Assembly: GCA_951406725.2 (NCBI GenBank)
Contig: OX597832.1
Coordinates: 9,238,001-9,302,000, forward strand
Direction of reading: 5' to 3'
Length of the DNA stretch: 64,000 nt
From: Octopus vulgaris
Taxonomy: Eukaryota
In this document: in pieces, positions 43,291-57,237 of the stretch
How the letters are laid out: each line of letters starts with the position of its first letter
How positions within the stretch are numbered: position 1 is the first letter of the stretch
Notes under the pieces: generated by a model
Seen by the model: only the letters and a program-made list of their open reading frames with translations
Database searches by the model: none
What the model was told of the DNA's origin: nothing
Translations under genes and position numbers: made by a program

Positions 43291-43961
43291 CTTTGAATAA
43301 GAAACCACTTTTAAACTTTATGTGGGTGAATTCATCTATATATTTGTAGTTATTGTTGTTGTTGCATATTCCACATCTTTTGCTCCACATTTCTTTATGG
43401 AGAATTCTGTTTCATTTTATGATGTGAATTTTTGCTCTTGTATGTCGTTTTAAAGGTTTATAGCGTTTACTATTTCGCAGGTAGCTTTCGACTATCGTTT
43501 TTTAAAAAAAAAAAATTGTAAGAGCATTGGTAGGTTTGAGTGCATAATTTGGAAAATATTGATTATTTCAGGGTTGTATCTGTTAAGAAATGGAATGGTA
43601 TATTCCTTGCTTTTTATCTTTTGGACTCCTAATTTGTATGATGTCTAATTTCATAGCTTTCGAGATTCAATTATTTATGTCTCACAGGGTAATTTTGTCC
43701 TTGTAAGAATTGAAGAGTAAAACTTCAAATTCCGTTTTGCAGTCTGAAGGCCGATTATTCGGACAAAAATCTAGTGTAGTGACTAAAATGAACAAAGCAT
43801 TCCAAATTGATTTAACCACAGAGATGAATAATTATATCCATTAAGTATTTCAAAGAAAACCATGTATACTTATATATGTGAGGTGTGTGTATGTATATAT
43901 ATGTATATGTACGTATATATGTGTATGAAAATATTGGTGTGTGTATATATATATACACATA

Positions 43962-44075
43962 TGTTGGCCTGCTCGCTTAGCCAGCTGGGTGGCGTCATTC
44001 AAAGGGTAAAACAATGCGAACACATTGTGACCAGTGATGTGTAGCATTATCTGATGGTCTGGTCGGTCACGTAAA
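43962..44075 (+). repeat. Probable SINE 3' tail fragment
   Basis: GC-richer island gcttagccagctgggtggcgtcattc...ggtctggtcggtcacgt. Recognised from memory only; no second copy in this window. Confidence 0.4.
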
Positions 44076-45221
44076 AATATACTGTACATGAACCGCTATG
44101 TAGGTCATTTGCCCTACAGGGGTAAATAGATTTTCGAAACTTAAAGAATATTACATAAGTAAACTGCTTTGAAACATCCAGCTTTTATAGTCGGTGGTAA
44201 AGTCATATTTACACCAGACTTACTAGGTTTGCACCAGACTTACTAGTCGTGTGCTTGAACGTGTTTGCAGAAAAAGAAGTCAAACAGTCGTAAGTTTTCA
44301 CATCATAAACTTTTTGTCTTTAGAACTGTGAAAATATGCAAGAATTTCTAAATATTTAAATGCTAATGTGTTTTTTGTAATCAACATTTCCAAAGACTGT
44401 GCATTGTGTCTTCGTTAGAAACCATTTCCTTCCTTAAAAAGCTATTTAAGATAATTACGAAATAATTAAAAGTCTAATGATGCCTCCTACACACACATAC
44501 ACACACACGCTCACACAAACACACTCTCTCACACGCTCTCACATACACTCACACACACATTATCTCTCTCACCCACACATAATGTATATGTGTATTTGTC
44601 TATATATATATAAATATATATGTATATGATATAGTACATTTGCATAATACATATTCATACACACAAACGAAAACATAGAAACATTGTAATGAACTTAAAA
44701 TACCTATAGACCTGCAGGCGGTCATCGTTTTATAAAAGAACTTCGTCTGATTCAAACCTCAGTAATTTCTCATTAGCGATGAGCAAAAACTAAAAAAAAA
44801 AAATAAGGAAATTAAAAATAACAACAATGAGCTTTGCAAGGCGACCAGTTAATACAATGTCTTACGTGAAGCGAAAGATTGAAAAATATTTCATTACAGA
44901 GAATTTAGTCATGACCCAGACATAGTAATTCCTAAATAATACGTGTCTGTTATTTCCCTACATGTTACGAACAATTGTATTTTAGTTAACACACACACGC
45001 ACTCACACACACACACACACATACACACACACACACACACAAAGACACGCACCACATATACATGTGTGTTCATGTGTATATTCACCATAAATAACAATAG
45101 ATATTTTCTAATGGAAATGTGTGAATGGAAGGAAATCAACTGGGTGGGTGGCTATATTAATGAGATGAATATCTAATAATGAAAATACCCTCTTCCCCTC
45201 CTCCTCTTCTTCCTACTCCTA

Positions 45222-45582
<361 letters not shown>

Positions 45583-45811
45583 GACAGTAGTAACATTGCA
45601 TTTGTACATAACTGTGTCTGCATGTATGTCGATATGTAAATTTTTCGATACGTATTATATATGTATATATATATTACATATAACAATGGTATGTCTATAT
45701 CTACCATTATGCTTATTTATGCATACATGTGTCTGTACATATTCCTAGGCATTTGTGGATGAGAACACATACATATGCATTGACACACACATACACACAC
45801 ATATATATACT

Positions 45812-45852
<41 letters not shown>

Positions 45853-45971
45853 GCTGTGTTTTTTACTGAGATCTCCCTTTTTAGTAGAAGAAATAGCTAT
45901 AACTCTTTGACTGCTATTTCTAAATTCGGTATGTGGGAAGGCAATTCGTTGCTAAACCCTTTATTGCTTAG

Positions 45972-46047
<76 letters not shown>

Positions 46048-46566
46048 TGTATACACCTGTGTGTATAACTCATTCTGTTTCATACTGGTGCTTTCTTGCT
46101 AATTTTATATGGCGTAATTTATTGCATAGTGTTGCAGTGTATTTTCTGATTTATCGCCAATAAATATCAACAAATGTAGCCCTGGCCTATGTATTCTGAA
46201 ATGAATGAAACATACACGCTCATTTGTTCCATTGATATCAACAATTGAGAACATTACTTAGCTGATCGGGTCCTGTGGGAATATAACATTTCTGTAGTTG
46301 TATATTTTGTGCAGAATATTACGCTGGATTGAGAAGCATAGTCAGTCGCCGGTGATCCAATTGTTGTTCCACCATACAGAATCCCTCATACACCAATCGG
46401 ATTTATTGCATGATTAACCATCTATGGTGTGATTGTAGTTATAATCATGGTGTTTTCTCATCGAATGAAACCCTTAACACACACACACACACTTATATAC
46501 CCACACGTACGTTTATAGTATATACATACACACACGGGTTCATATATACATGTATATATATATATG

Positions 46567-46621
<55 letters not shown>

Positions 46622-47427
46622 GTATATATATATATAAAAATAATATATATATATGTATATATATACAGAGAGAGATAAAGAGAAAGAGATACAGAAACAT
46701 ACACACACATGCACAAGCATCTCTCTCTATCTCTCTATATACATCTATCTATCTATATATATATGTATATATATATATATATATATGCATATATTTTTTT
46801 TTTCTGGGGGGGGGTTATTCCCTAATATTTATTATATATTTATATATATATATATATATACATACACAACCACACTCATATATACATACACACATATATA
46901 TCTACACGCATATATATCTGTTTATATTCTTATATATTTACATATCTTCCATTGAAAACATGATGCAATACGCTTGTGCCCTTTTATTGACGCACCAAAT
47001 ATATATATATGCAGAATCAGAAGGACATTCCTATTCACACAACTTTTACTTTTCTTTATCCAGCGTCATACATTCTCACGCGAATCCAGGCGAAAGTAAT
47101 TTCAATGTCACAACAAATATGAACCGATATAAACACTAGGGTGATGTTTAGTAGATTATATGCATTATGCCAACGAATATATAATCTAACAAACACATCG
47201 TTGGACACGTTCAATTACACAGTCAATAAATATAAGTATATAGAGAGAAATCCACAATTGCATGAAAGATAAATTTCTTGAACCACACATACCATACACT
47301 CAGTATATAATACGTACGCATGAAGAGCCATAAAAGAGCGGGCACAGAAATACATACATAAATGTGTTTATGTATACACACACACACACACACACAGACA
47401 CGCAAACACACACACACATACATATAC

Positions 47428-47490
<63 letters not shown>

Positions 47491-47493
<3 letters not shown>

Positions 47494-47629
47494 GAAAGAT
47501 TCATGATAGAAAATGGTAAAATAAGTTTATGAAAAATATTTCCGTACCGGTTTCAGTCATTGGAATTTTAAATTGTAAGTATGGAAAACAATTCAAATTT
47601 GGAAAAATTAAAAGATACTTTTTAAAAAG

Positions 47630-47633
<4 letters not shown>
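47491..47633 (-). repeat. Solo decayed PLE pseudo-LTR end in (TA)n, same family as 57140-57295
   Basis: Minus strand: ttttaatttttccaaattt..ttacaatttaaaa..atgactGAAACCGGTAcggaaat..ttattttaccattttctat. Confidence 0.65.
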
Positions 47634-47685
<52 letters not shown>

Positions 47686-47757
47686 GCACAGAGACACATT
47701 CATTTATTTGTATATCAATGAATATATTCCATATTTACATGCTTACATACATGCATG

Positions 47758-47796
<39 letters not shown>

Positions 47797-48556
47797 GCAC
47801 ACATACATAAATATATATGTATGTAATATGTATATATGTATATATATATATATGCATATGTGTATGTATATCGATGTGTTTGCGTTTATGTGTATATGTA
47901 TATATATGCATAGTACTGCAGATTTGAAACAATGGTTTACTCTCTCACGAATTTCCAAAATTGAGGGTAAATTCTCTTGAAATAGACTCAAATCAATTAT
48001 AAGAATGAAGATCAAATTAAATGAAACATAATATGGTAACCTTCAGCAGACAAAAGCACGGGATGTTTTGTGGTTTTGAATATAGAATTTCAAACCCAAC
48101 TGTTTGCTAGAGCTTAAAATACGTATAGTGCATAAAATATTTGCCTGGAGCATCATTGATTAAATCAATTTTTAAATATATTCAGGAAGCCTTGAGCCCA
48201 TTTGGATTAAACTGCATGGTTTTGAAATTCTAACATATATGCATGAATCACATGCAGATATAAACTTTCACTGAAAAAATAGCACTGCAAGCTAAAGTAT
48301 GTGAAATAGGTATATCATGGATATTACAAGCCAAAATAGTATTGGTATTCGTGCAGCACTCTACATCCATAATTATAAAAAAAATATACTAATTTGTATG
48401 TTATAAGACAGCAACACCTAAGTAAGAGTAAAGTAGTCAGAAGACCTCAGAAATTATTCACTTATCAAATGCATAAGAACAATATGTTTAATGAAGGCAA
48501 TTTCTTAGACTGCACGATTTGAGTCCGTTTTACTTATATGCATAACATACATATGA

Positions 48557-48595
<39 letters not shown>

Positions 48596-48599
<4 letters not shown>

Positions 48600-48780
48600 T
48601 CCTACGGCTTCCCTTCTTTAGATCTTTCCTTTTCCTATGTTTCTGACGAAGATCTCCGCTCGAAACGTTAAACCCTCCTTGTTTTCGTCATTCCTGAGTG
48701 TCCAATAATACTATACATTTATCTTACGTCCTCGCGTTGTTGTGTTTTCTATTTGTGTTTTGATGTTTGGATTAACCATA
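48596..48780 (+). mobile_element. Solo PLE pseudo-LTR end with hammerhead, in (TA)n
   Basis: Short unique island between two (TA)n tracts, containing the HHR at 48639-48673. Confidence 0.65.
48639..48673 (+). ncRNA. Minimal type-I hammerhead ribozyme (one stem II mismatch)
   Basis: gttt CTGACGA a gatc-tcc-gctc GAAA CG TT aaac. Confidence 0.75.
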
Positions 48781-48791
48781 TATATATATAT

Positions 48792-48823
<32 letters not shown>

Positions 48824-48824
48824 A

Positions 48825-48855
<31 letters not shown>

Positions 48856-48856
48856 C

Positions 48857-49193
48857 GGAGACCCCCTTCGGTCACGACACAGACCATGGGATTGCACCTA
48901 GAAAGTTACCCTCCTAGACACAAGTCCGGGCGAGGTTGTTTTTATGGAAGACCAGCAGTCGCCCATGCATACCAGCCTTCCCTCTCCACGCCACCAGTGT
49001 TATCCAATGGAAAGACAAAGGTCGATACAGCTTGGCACCAGTGACGTCGCAACACATTTCTACAGCTGAGTGAACTGGAGCAACGTGAAATAAAGTGCCT
49101 TGCTGAAGAACACAACACACAGCCCGATCCGGGAATCGAGCTTACAACCTCACGATCGTAAGCTCGACGCACTAACCACTGAGCCATGCGCCT

Positions 49194-49195
<2 letters not shown>
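48857..49195 (-). mobile_element. tRNA-derived SINE (well preserved)
   Basis: Minus strand starts ggcgcaTGGCTCAGTGGttagtgcgtcgagcttacgatcgtgaggttgtaagctcgattcccgg, then a body with gcaaggcactttatttcacgttgctccagttcactcagctg. Confidence 0.85.
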
Positions 49196-49233
<38 letters not shown>

Positions 49234-49597
49234 CCTATAAATCTTTGCGTGTGTGTGAGTGTGCGCGCGAGAGTGGACGTATACCAACACGTCTGAATAT
49301 ATATGTGAATATGTGAAATGAAAAATAATTATATAGTTACAATAGGTCTATCGTATCATCGCACAGGATTTGGACTGATAATCATAAATTAACGTTACCA
49401 ACACAGATTTCGGTTAAAAGAACGAAACGCAAAAATCAGGGAATGCATTTCCGAGAAGACAACATCCTTCTCTAATAAGAATGGCAATCTGTTACATTTG
49501 ATCACAAACAAAGAATACGTATAAACGAACTTCACGTCCCTTGTTTTGGATATGTCATACGTGCTATACTTAACTATTCATTTAAAACACACATGGT

Positions 49598-51330
49598 ATA
49601 AACTTAGATAAACTTAGATATGTTTCGACCAGAGATTGGTCCAGGCCATGTCTAACTTAATAGCACCACCTGATAGGATTATTCGAATCCTGTTTAAGTC
49701 AAGTTTTGTTCAAGTAGTGAGTTCTTGTTGGGTGAGTTGTATCCAGTTTTGTTCAAGTAGTGAGTTCTTGTTGGGTGAGTTGTATCCAATTATGGGTGGC
49801 TTATCTGGTATTCTTTGAAGGAATCTATCCAGACTCTGTTTGAAGTTGATGGGATCCTTTTCCTCTTTGATCTCCCTCGGGACAATGTTAAATAGGGCAG
49901 GGCCTGTTGAGGAAAAGAAATTATGTTGCAGTGTACATGTATGTTGTGATCTTGAATTTGGCAGGGGACGTATAGCCCGTGGTCCAAGTCTTGGATGAAC
50001 CTTGAAGCTAATGTTTAGGTCGTTTGGGCAAAGTTGGCGGTATATTTTCCACATCGTACAAATGATGTACCGCTCACGGCGACGCTGGAGGGAGTAAAGT
50101 TTCAAGGCTTTTGGGCGATCCCAATAATCGAGAGCAGCCATGCCTTCAATTTGTTTAGTGAGAGCCCTCTGGGGTGACTTAATTCTGGAGATGTTTTGTG
50201 TTGTGTGAGGAGACCACAGTGGGCAGCAGTATTCAAGGTGTGGCCGTACAAAGGAGGAAAAAAGTGGTATGATGACACCTTGTTCTCTGGACCGGAAAGT
50301 TCTTAAGATCCAGGAACTCATCCTACGAGCTATATCGACCTTCTTGTTGATGTGTGCACTCCAACTGAGATCGTCATCAACAATTACACCCAGGTCTCTG
50401 ATATTGTTAGAGGCTGTGAGGAAGAGAGTATGGTTGTTTTAGTGAGGAATTTCTTCCAAAATGCATCAACTCAAATATTTCCCTCATTCAGTTGCATTTT
50501 GTTTCTGTCTGCCCATTGACTCACAGCATATAGATCAGACTGGAGTTGAGTTCGGTCTGCTTCTTCATTGACGATTTGCTGGAGCTTAGTGTCATCAGCG
50601 AATATTTTCACTTTGCAGTGATGTACGACACTGGAAAGGTCGTTTAGGTAAATTATGAAGAGTAGCGGACCCAAAACAGTTCCCTGGGGAACACCGCTGG
50701 TGACTTTTCCTGGGTTTGGGTGGACTCCATCAACTACAACATGTTGTGTTCTATTCGCCAGGAAATACTGAATCCAGTGTAGAACTTTTCCACGGATTCC
50801 AACATTTGCCAATTTTGAGAGTAGGATGTTATGGTCTACCCTGTCGAACGCTTTACTGAAGTCAAGATATATGACGTCAGATTTCGAACCTGTTCTCAAG
50901 GCTTTGAGTACATCTTCAATGTGGTGTAAGAGCTGTGTTAGACAGTCCCTGCCACAGCGAAAGCCATGCTGATTTGAATTTAGGAGTTTGTGGGTCTCCA
51001 GCAAGTCAGCTATCCTTGATCTTAACACTCTTTCAAACACTTTAATGATGTGGGAGGTGAGTGAGATTGGGCGATAGTTGACTGCGAGGGATCTGTTTCC
51101 CTGTTTGAAAACCGGGATGACCGACTGGGATAGAAACTGTTTCGGTATATAAACTGCATCTAACGAGTTTCTCCAGAGGTTGGTCAGAGGGACTGCAAGT
51201 TGATATCTACATTCCTTCAGGAGACTAGCGGGAAATCTATCAGGGCCTACAGCAGAGTAATATTTGACCTCATTTATTGCTGCTACGATGTCGGTGGCAG
51301 TGAAGGTTATGTCTGCGATTTTCTGTTAGG
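49598..51330 (-). mobile_element. CR1/L2-type LINE 3' half (RT), frameshifted
   Basis: NYRPISLTSH, QHGFRCGRDCLTQL, DVIYLDFSKAFDRVDH, SGVPQGTVLGPLLFIIYLND, IFADDTK, VRPHLEYCCPLWSP; short tandem tail (tatctaagtt)2. Confidence 0.95.
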
Positions 51331-51561
51331 AGTCAACTTATTCCCAAAAGTTTTCACAACTTGAATATCTGATTCAAATAATATGCATTTTTATTGTAGT
51401 TCAAAAAATGTATCTTGCTATACCTTTTTTCCTTCTCATTATTTATTTGTGTTACACATGTCTATCTAAACTTATGACTACGTACACCAACATATTTTCA
51501 GTTAATCAATGATGCGAATACATGTATTTCTAAATATTTATTATCATGCATTTGATTATAG

Positions 51562-51979
51562 AGTATACTCTTTACCCTTTTACTTTTTTACTTGTTTCAG
51601 ACATTTGACTGCGGCCATGCTGGAGCACGGCCTTTATTCGAGCAACTCAACCCCGAGACTTATTCTTTGTAAGCTCAGTACTTATTCTATTGGTCTCTTT
51701 TGCCGAACCGCTAAGTGACGGGTACACAAACACACCAGCATCGGTTGTTAAGCAATGCTAGGGGGACAAACACATACAGACAAACATACACGCACACATA
51801 TACATACATATATACATATATACGACGGGCTTCTTTTAGTTTCCGTCTACCAAATCCACTCACAAGGCTTTGGTCGGCCCGAGGCTATAGTAGAAGACAC
51901 TTGCCCAAGGTTCCACGCAGTGGGACTGAACCCGGAACCATGTGGTTGGTAAGCAAGCTACTACCACACAGCTACTCCT
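51562..51979 (-). mobile_element. tRNA-derived SINE with internal (CA/TA) tract
   Basis: Minus strand ggagTAGCTGTGTGGtag..accaaccacatggttccgGGTTCAGTCCCactgcg; tail gctccagcatggccgcagtc..tgaaacaagtaaaa. Fragment also at ~58805-58890. Confidence 0.85.
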
Positions 51980-52122
51980 GTTTACCACTTTTCTTGAGAA
52001 GCTAGTATTGTTTTAAATTAAACGATAGCATTTGTCCTATATATTTATATGTATTTATGTATATGTATGTATATATATGTACATGTATATATATATTTAC
52101 TTTTGTCACAGTTGTGTGAGTA

Positions 52123-52260
<138 letters not shown>

Positions 52261-52447
52261 CATGCATATATACATACTCACACAAATGTGACAAAAGTAA
52301 ATCGACAAACTCAAAATCGTTAGAATTCATTTTAATCTGAAATTATTCATTGAAATGATGTATTATTATAATGTGAATATCTAATATTTTTTAGACATAA
52401 CATTTGCATGCTTCAATGCATGGTCCCTATTATGCATGCTAGTGATC

Positions 52448-52641
52448 TAGGCACAACATTTTTGTGGTGGGGGCCAGGAGAGTAGTTCGACCCCAGTACG
52501 CAACTGGTACTTAATTTATCGACCCCGAAAGGATGAATGGCAAAGTCGACCTCGAAGGAATTTGAACTCAGAACGTAAAGACAGACGAAATACCGCTAAG
52601 CATATTGCCCGGTGTGTTAAAGTTTTTGCCAGCTCGCCGCG
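52448..52641 (-). mobile_element. tRNA-derived SINE, abundant family (best copy)
   Basis: Minus strand gcggcgagctggcaaaaactttaacac..ctGAGTTCAAATTCC..gtcgactttgccattcatcctttcggggtcgataaattaagtaccag. Confidence 0.85.
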
Positions 52642-52659
52642 TTCAAATATTCTCTTGAG

Positions 52660-53560
52660 TAATTTCTTGCCAATTTTTCGCACAGTTGTCTCACAAAATC
52701 TGGCTTTGGTAATGCTCTCTTCTTCTTTTTACGAAGTGTTATATCTATCCCTTACTAGAGATGTTCAATAGGGCTCATATCTGGTGTCTGGCTTGACCAT
52801 GGATGCATTTTAATGCTTTTCTCTTCAACGAAATCTTCCGTCCTTTTAGCCGAGTGGCATGTAGCCCCATCTATAAATGTAGAGTTTTCTTTAATAATTT
52901 CACCACTGAAGACGATTGGAAAGAGCCCTTTCTGCAATATGGACACATTTATCTGAGTTTCTGTTTCATTCATACTCCACCAGCTCTGATCGACCATTGC
53001 TCCAAATTGCTCCGTGGACCATCACATAATAGCTATCTTGTTTCATTGTTGGCTACAAACTTGTCATGTCAACTCTTTGATAACATCGACTCCAGACCCA
53101 CACTACTGTCAGGAGATAAAGTAAATCTGGACTCATTAGAGAATACGACAGTGTCCCAAAATACTAGCGGCCTCTCTACCATCTCAGTGGCCCAATCTAT
53201 TCTCTGCTTGATATTAGCTGGTCGAAGATGTTGCTTCATTCTTGCAGCTCTGCCAATGTAACCAAGGTTTTTGGAGATGCTTGACAGCTATTCTGGGAGT
53301 GATATCACTTTGTTCTGCTATGTCAGAGGCCTTGCAACGATAATTAATTTCCGCACTTCCCTTAGCAAAGAGAGGGGTCTTGTAAGAGGGCCCTTGACCA
53401 CCAAAGCTAGCTGATGTGGTCTCTTCCTCCTCCCTTTTGATAAATTGCCCCACCACTCTTTAAACTGTAGAAAATACGATCCCATGGTTACATGCGATTT
53501 TACGCTGATCAAGTCCACTTTCAGATTGACCAAACTGTTCCAAGTATCTTTTTGTACGTG
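52660..53560 (-). mobile_element. Tc1-like (DD34E) transposase relic
   Basis: TVVFSNESRF; FIDGATCHSAKRT..WSSQTPDMSPIEHL. Confidence 0.8.
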
Positions 53561-53929
53561 GCATGATTAAACTGCCATACATAGAAACTGAGAAACGAAA
53601 AATATCACTTAATAAAAATATAAACCTTTGCCAGTTAAAATAAACATAAAACGATGTTTATGTGTGACTATTCACATCTGTCGTGTCTGTACATGTAGTC
53701 TATCCATTATTCTATCTACCTATTTCGTTCTCTCCTCCTCCATCTCTCTCTCTTAGTGTGTATATATATATAAATAAATAAATAAATATATATAAATATA
53801 TATACGGTTTGGTGCATTAGGTAAGGATTACACATATTTTCTGAAAATGCCTTGAATGGATCACAACAGCCAAGCGTCTCTGCTTTCTTTTGGGTCTTTA
53901 AAGGAATTAATCGTAATATTAGAAGAGTA

Positions 53930-54135
53930 TAGGCGGTGCTCTGGTAGAATCCTCAGAACGAAGTTAAAATACTTTGCGGCATTTCGCTCGTCTTTATAGT
54001 CGTAGTTGAAAATTACACTGAAGTCATTTTAGCCTTTCATAATTGCTGAGTCGATGAAATATGAATCACTTGCTCACTTTGTTCGATGTAATTCGCTGGA
54101 CCACTTTACCTAAACTTATTAACCATGTGCCAAAA
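53930..54135 (+). mobile_element. tRNA-derived SINE, old copy
   Basis: ggcggtgctctggtagaat..gcggcatttcg..gcctttcat..gtcgatgaaat..ttcgatgtaattcg. Confidence 0.55.
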
Positions 54136-56406
54136 TTTGAAACCAATATTAGCATAGCAAACGTTATGTGTTGAAAACGTTGAACATTGGTCTTTCTTTA
54201 ATTAATTAAATTAAATTAAGTTGCCCGAGTCATTGTTAAATAAATGATTCGAGTTAATTCATACTAAAAACTTTCGAGTAAATTCCCTCGATTTTCATTC
54301 TTTTTTATATTTGCCTGCGTATTTATCTGTATATAAATATTTAAATATGTATAAACATCCACATGCTGAAGCACGACACAGATGTGTGTATGCTAGCATG
54401 CTTGTGTGTTTATGATGCGTGCATGTATGTTGGTGGGAGTGCGTCCACGCGTATGTTTCTGTGCTTACTTGGAATAAGGAAGTAGAATTATTTCTCATTA
54501 AAATGTAGCTGGTGAAATTACTTTCCCGACCAAATGTTCAATTGAAGCCTCAAATTTTTTATATAACTGCAAATAATTAAATATAAGAATCAATCAGGAA
54601 AAATATACAAGCCGTGACGTAGCAGACCGGTTGGAAACATATAACATACTCCTTGAAAATATCAGGAATTAATCAATGAAGATTTTAAATATGACACTTG
54701 CATTTTTCCAGTTTATTCAAAATCAATTCGTTTCTTTGCATTTTTCATAACATGAACAGTGTGGGAATATTCGTAAGCTTTCACCGAAATTGAACAAACA
54801 GTAAATGTGAAAGGTCTATTTTCCAAAACCAATCACAACGGATTATATATGGAAATTTCTCTGAAAATAAATTTTAAATTTCAGCAGAGGCGCATGATTA
54901 ATACCTGATTACATACAAACATATATAGGTACATATGTTATAGGACATAACGTTGACGCTAAATTCCGAAACATAGATTGTCTTGGCATCCATATGGGAA
55001 TCCTCAACTTATTGAATATATTAACATCCACAAATCAGATGTTGTTGCTTGGGAGAGACAAGATAAATTATATATCGTCACAGAGGTCAACTGCCTTCCT
55101 CATGTGAATATCTATTTGAAAATCGAAAAGAAAGACGATAAGGATAGTTTATGTGGAAATGTTTTTATCCATATAAAGCTTTGAATCTCCCTTAGATTGG
55201 GGCATCAAATTATAAAATACAATAATATTGCATACATGCACGCATATATGCATACATAGATGCATGCATGCATACATGCGTGCATAGATACATACATACA
55301 TTAATACACTCACATACACACAAACGTATGTGCGTGTTTACATATCCAGGGACAGGTTGTTTCAATGAATGGAAGGTGGTTCATCAATATATTACATAGA
55401 ATGTGTTGGTTGGTATCATATTTGCCAAAATCCTGAACTGATGCATTTGATAAAATCATGATTGTATATATGTTCTCTTAAACAACGATTTCCATATTTT
55501 CACATCAGTCTTTTTGCAACGAACAAAGTATCGTTAGATTGGATTTGTTCCAAGAAAATTATTGCTACGTACGAATATGTTGGCAGTATTCGAGAAAGTC
55601 ATATTTCATATCTATGTCCCTTGCTATAATATATATCTTCTGTACTTTTAAGATTTTTCTTCTAAATTTTATTTGTTTTCTTTTCTTGAAGAACGCTATT
55701 AGTGGTGATAGATTTTTACTTATTTAATCCAATCATTATTTGACAATTATATATTCTCTGCTTAAGAGGTCCTGCGTCTGGGCAATAAATGGTAACCTAT
55801 TGATATTCTATTGACAAATTCGTCCAACAAAATTTTATGGAAATGCTTCTAGGTATAAAAGTATCACATTTATAATAGGTTCTGATATGTCTAGCTATAT
55901 ATCACGCTAGATTTATTTTTGCACTGCAAGCTGAGATACGATATAATGGGGCAAAACAAGACAGAACAAAGCCAAGATAATGATGTCGGATGTAAAGATG
56001 ATTTCGAGCAGCAGACGAATGACTATAAAGAGCGGATGAAAGCCGAAATGATTCAAAACAATATGTAAATATACTACTGATTGATGCGAGTTGAGAAAAA
56101 GATTGACAGATATCTATTTCAAAATAAAAATAAATTGACAGAGATGTAGTAAAATAATTTAGGAATGATATACGAGTATATGGTCGGACGTTTCCTGCTT
56201 TTCGACTGATTTACACATATAACATTCCTATGATTACAATTTAAACGTAACAGCATCGAATAACAGTGTGCGCTCGCAAACACAAACACGAACGCACACA
56301 GTACATCATATGAAGACCGAAACAAATAAATGTATGTATATGTATGTATGTCTATATATATATATATATATATTCATACACACATGTGAATATATATATA
56401 TACATA

Positions 56407-56488
<82 letters not shown>

Positions 56489-56704
56489 ATATTTACGTAT
56501 ATATGCATATATACGTACATATATGTACATACATTGAAATACGAAGACAAACTTGGGCATGCGAACAAGAGAAACAAACGGAAAACAAGACAAGTAATAT
56601 AAAGAACGACCTTTCCTCAGTTTTCGACTGTCCATCTACTCCAAATTTTGATCATTTCTAAATAGAATTCTTCCCTGTATGTGTGTAATAATATTCCCTA
56701 ATAT

Positions 56705-56786
<82 letters not shown>

Positions 56787-56801
56787 ACATACATAGATAT
56801 A

Positions 56802-56838
<37 letters not shown>

Positions 56839-56883
56839 ACATGTATATTTATATATATACACATACATATACACACGCACACT

Positions 56884-56932
<49 letters not shown>

Positions 56933-57019
56933 AAGGGTGAAAAGGAACACACGAGTTGATATATATGAAAAAACAAGTCAAAAATAGAAAATGCTAAAAT
57001 AATTTTATAGTGAACATTT

Positions 57020-57057
57020 CAGTACCGGTTTCGGTCATTTTGAGACCTTTTCAACTG
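57020..57057 (-). ncRNA. U3-A8 variant minimal hammerhead
   Basis: cag TTGAAAA GGTC-tcaaaat-GACC GAAA CCGG TA ctg. Confidence 0.75.
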
Positions 57058-57199
57058 TAACGATTAAATAAAACACACAAGTGCAAACAAGGGAGTCAGA
57101 GAAAGGCAGAATGCCACTTAAATCTGAACACTACTATAGAAATATTCTTTTAAAAAAACTTTTCTTCTAATTTTTCTAAATTTAATTATGTAATCGTTA

Positions 57200-57237
57200 C
57201 AGTTGAAAAGGTCTCAAAATGGCCGAAACCGGTACTG
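57200..57237 (+). ncRNA. U3-A8 variant minimal hammerhead
   Basis: cag TTGAAAA GGTC-tcaaaat-GGCC GAAA CCGG TA ctg; stem I extends cgtt-a-cag / ctg-a-aatg. Confidence 0.75.

Noticed and set aside
49120-49195. tRNA genes at SINE heads (also ~2090, 28070, 51900)
   Set aside because: Cloverleafs are incomplete and run into SINE bodies, so they are not functional tRNAs.
56535-56705. CTGAGGA on minus strand in an island between TA tracts (and CTGATAG near 57620)
   Set aside because: No stem II followed by GAAA could be assembled.
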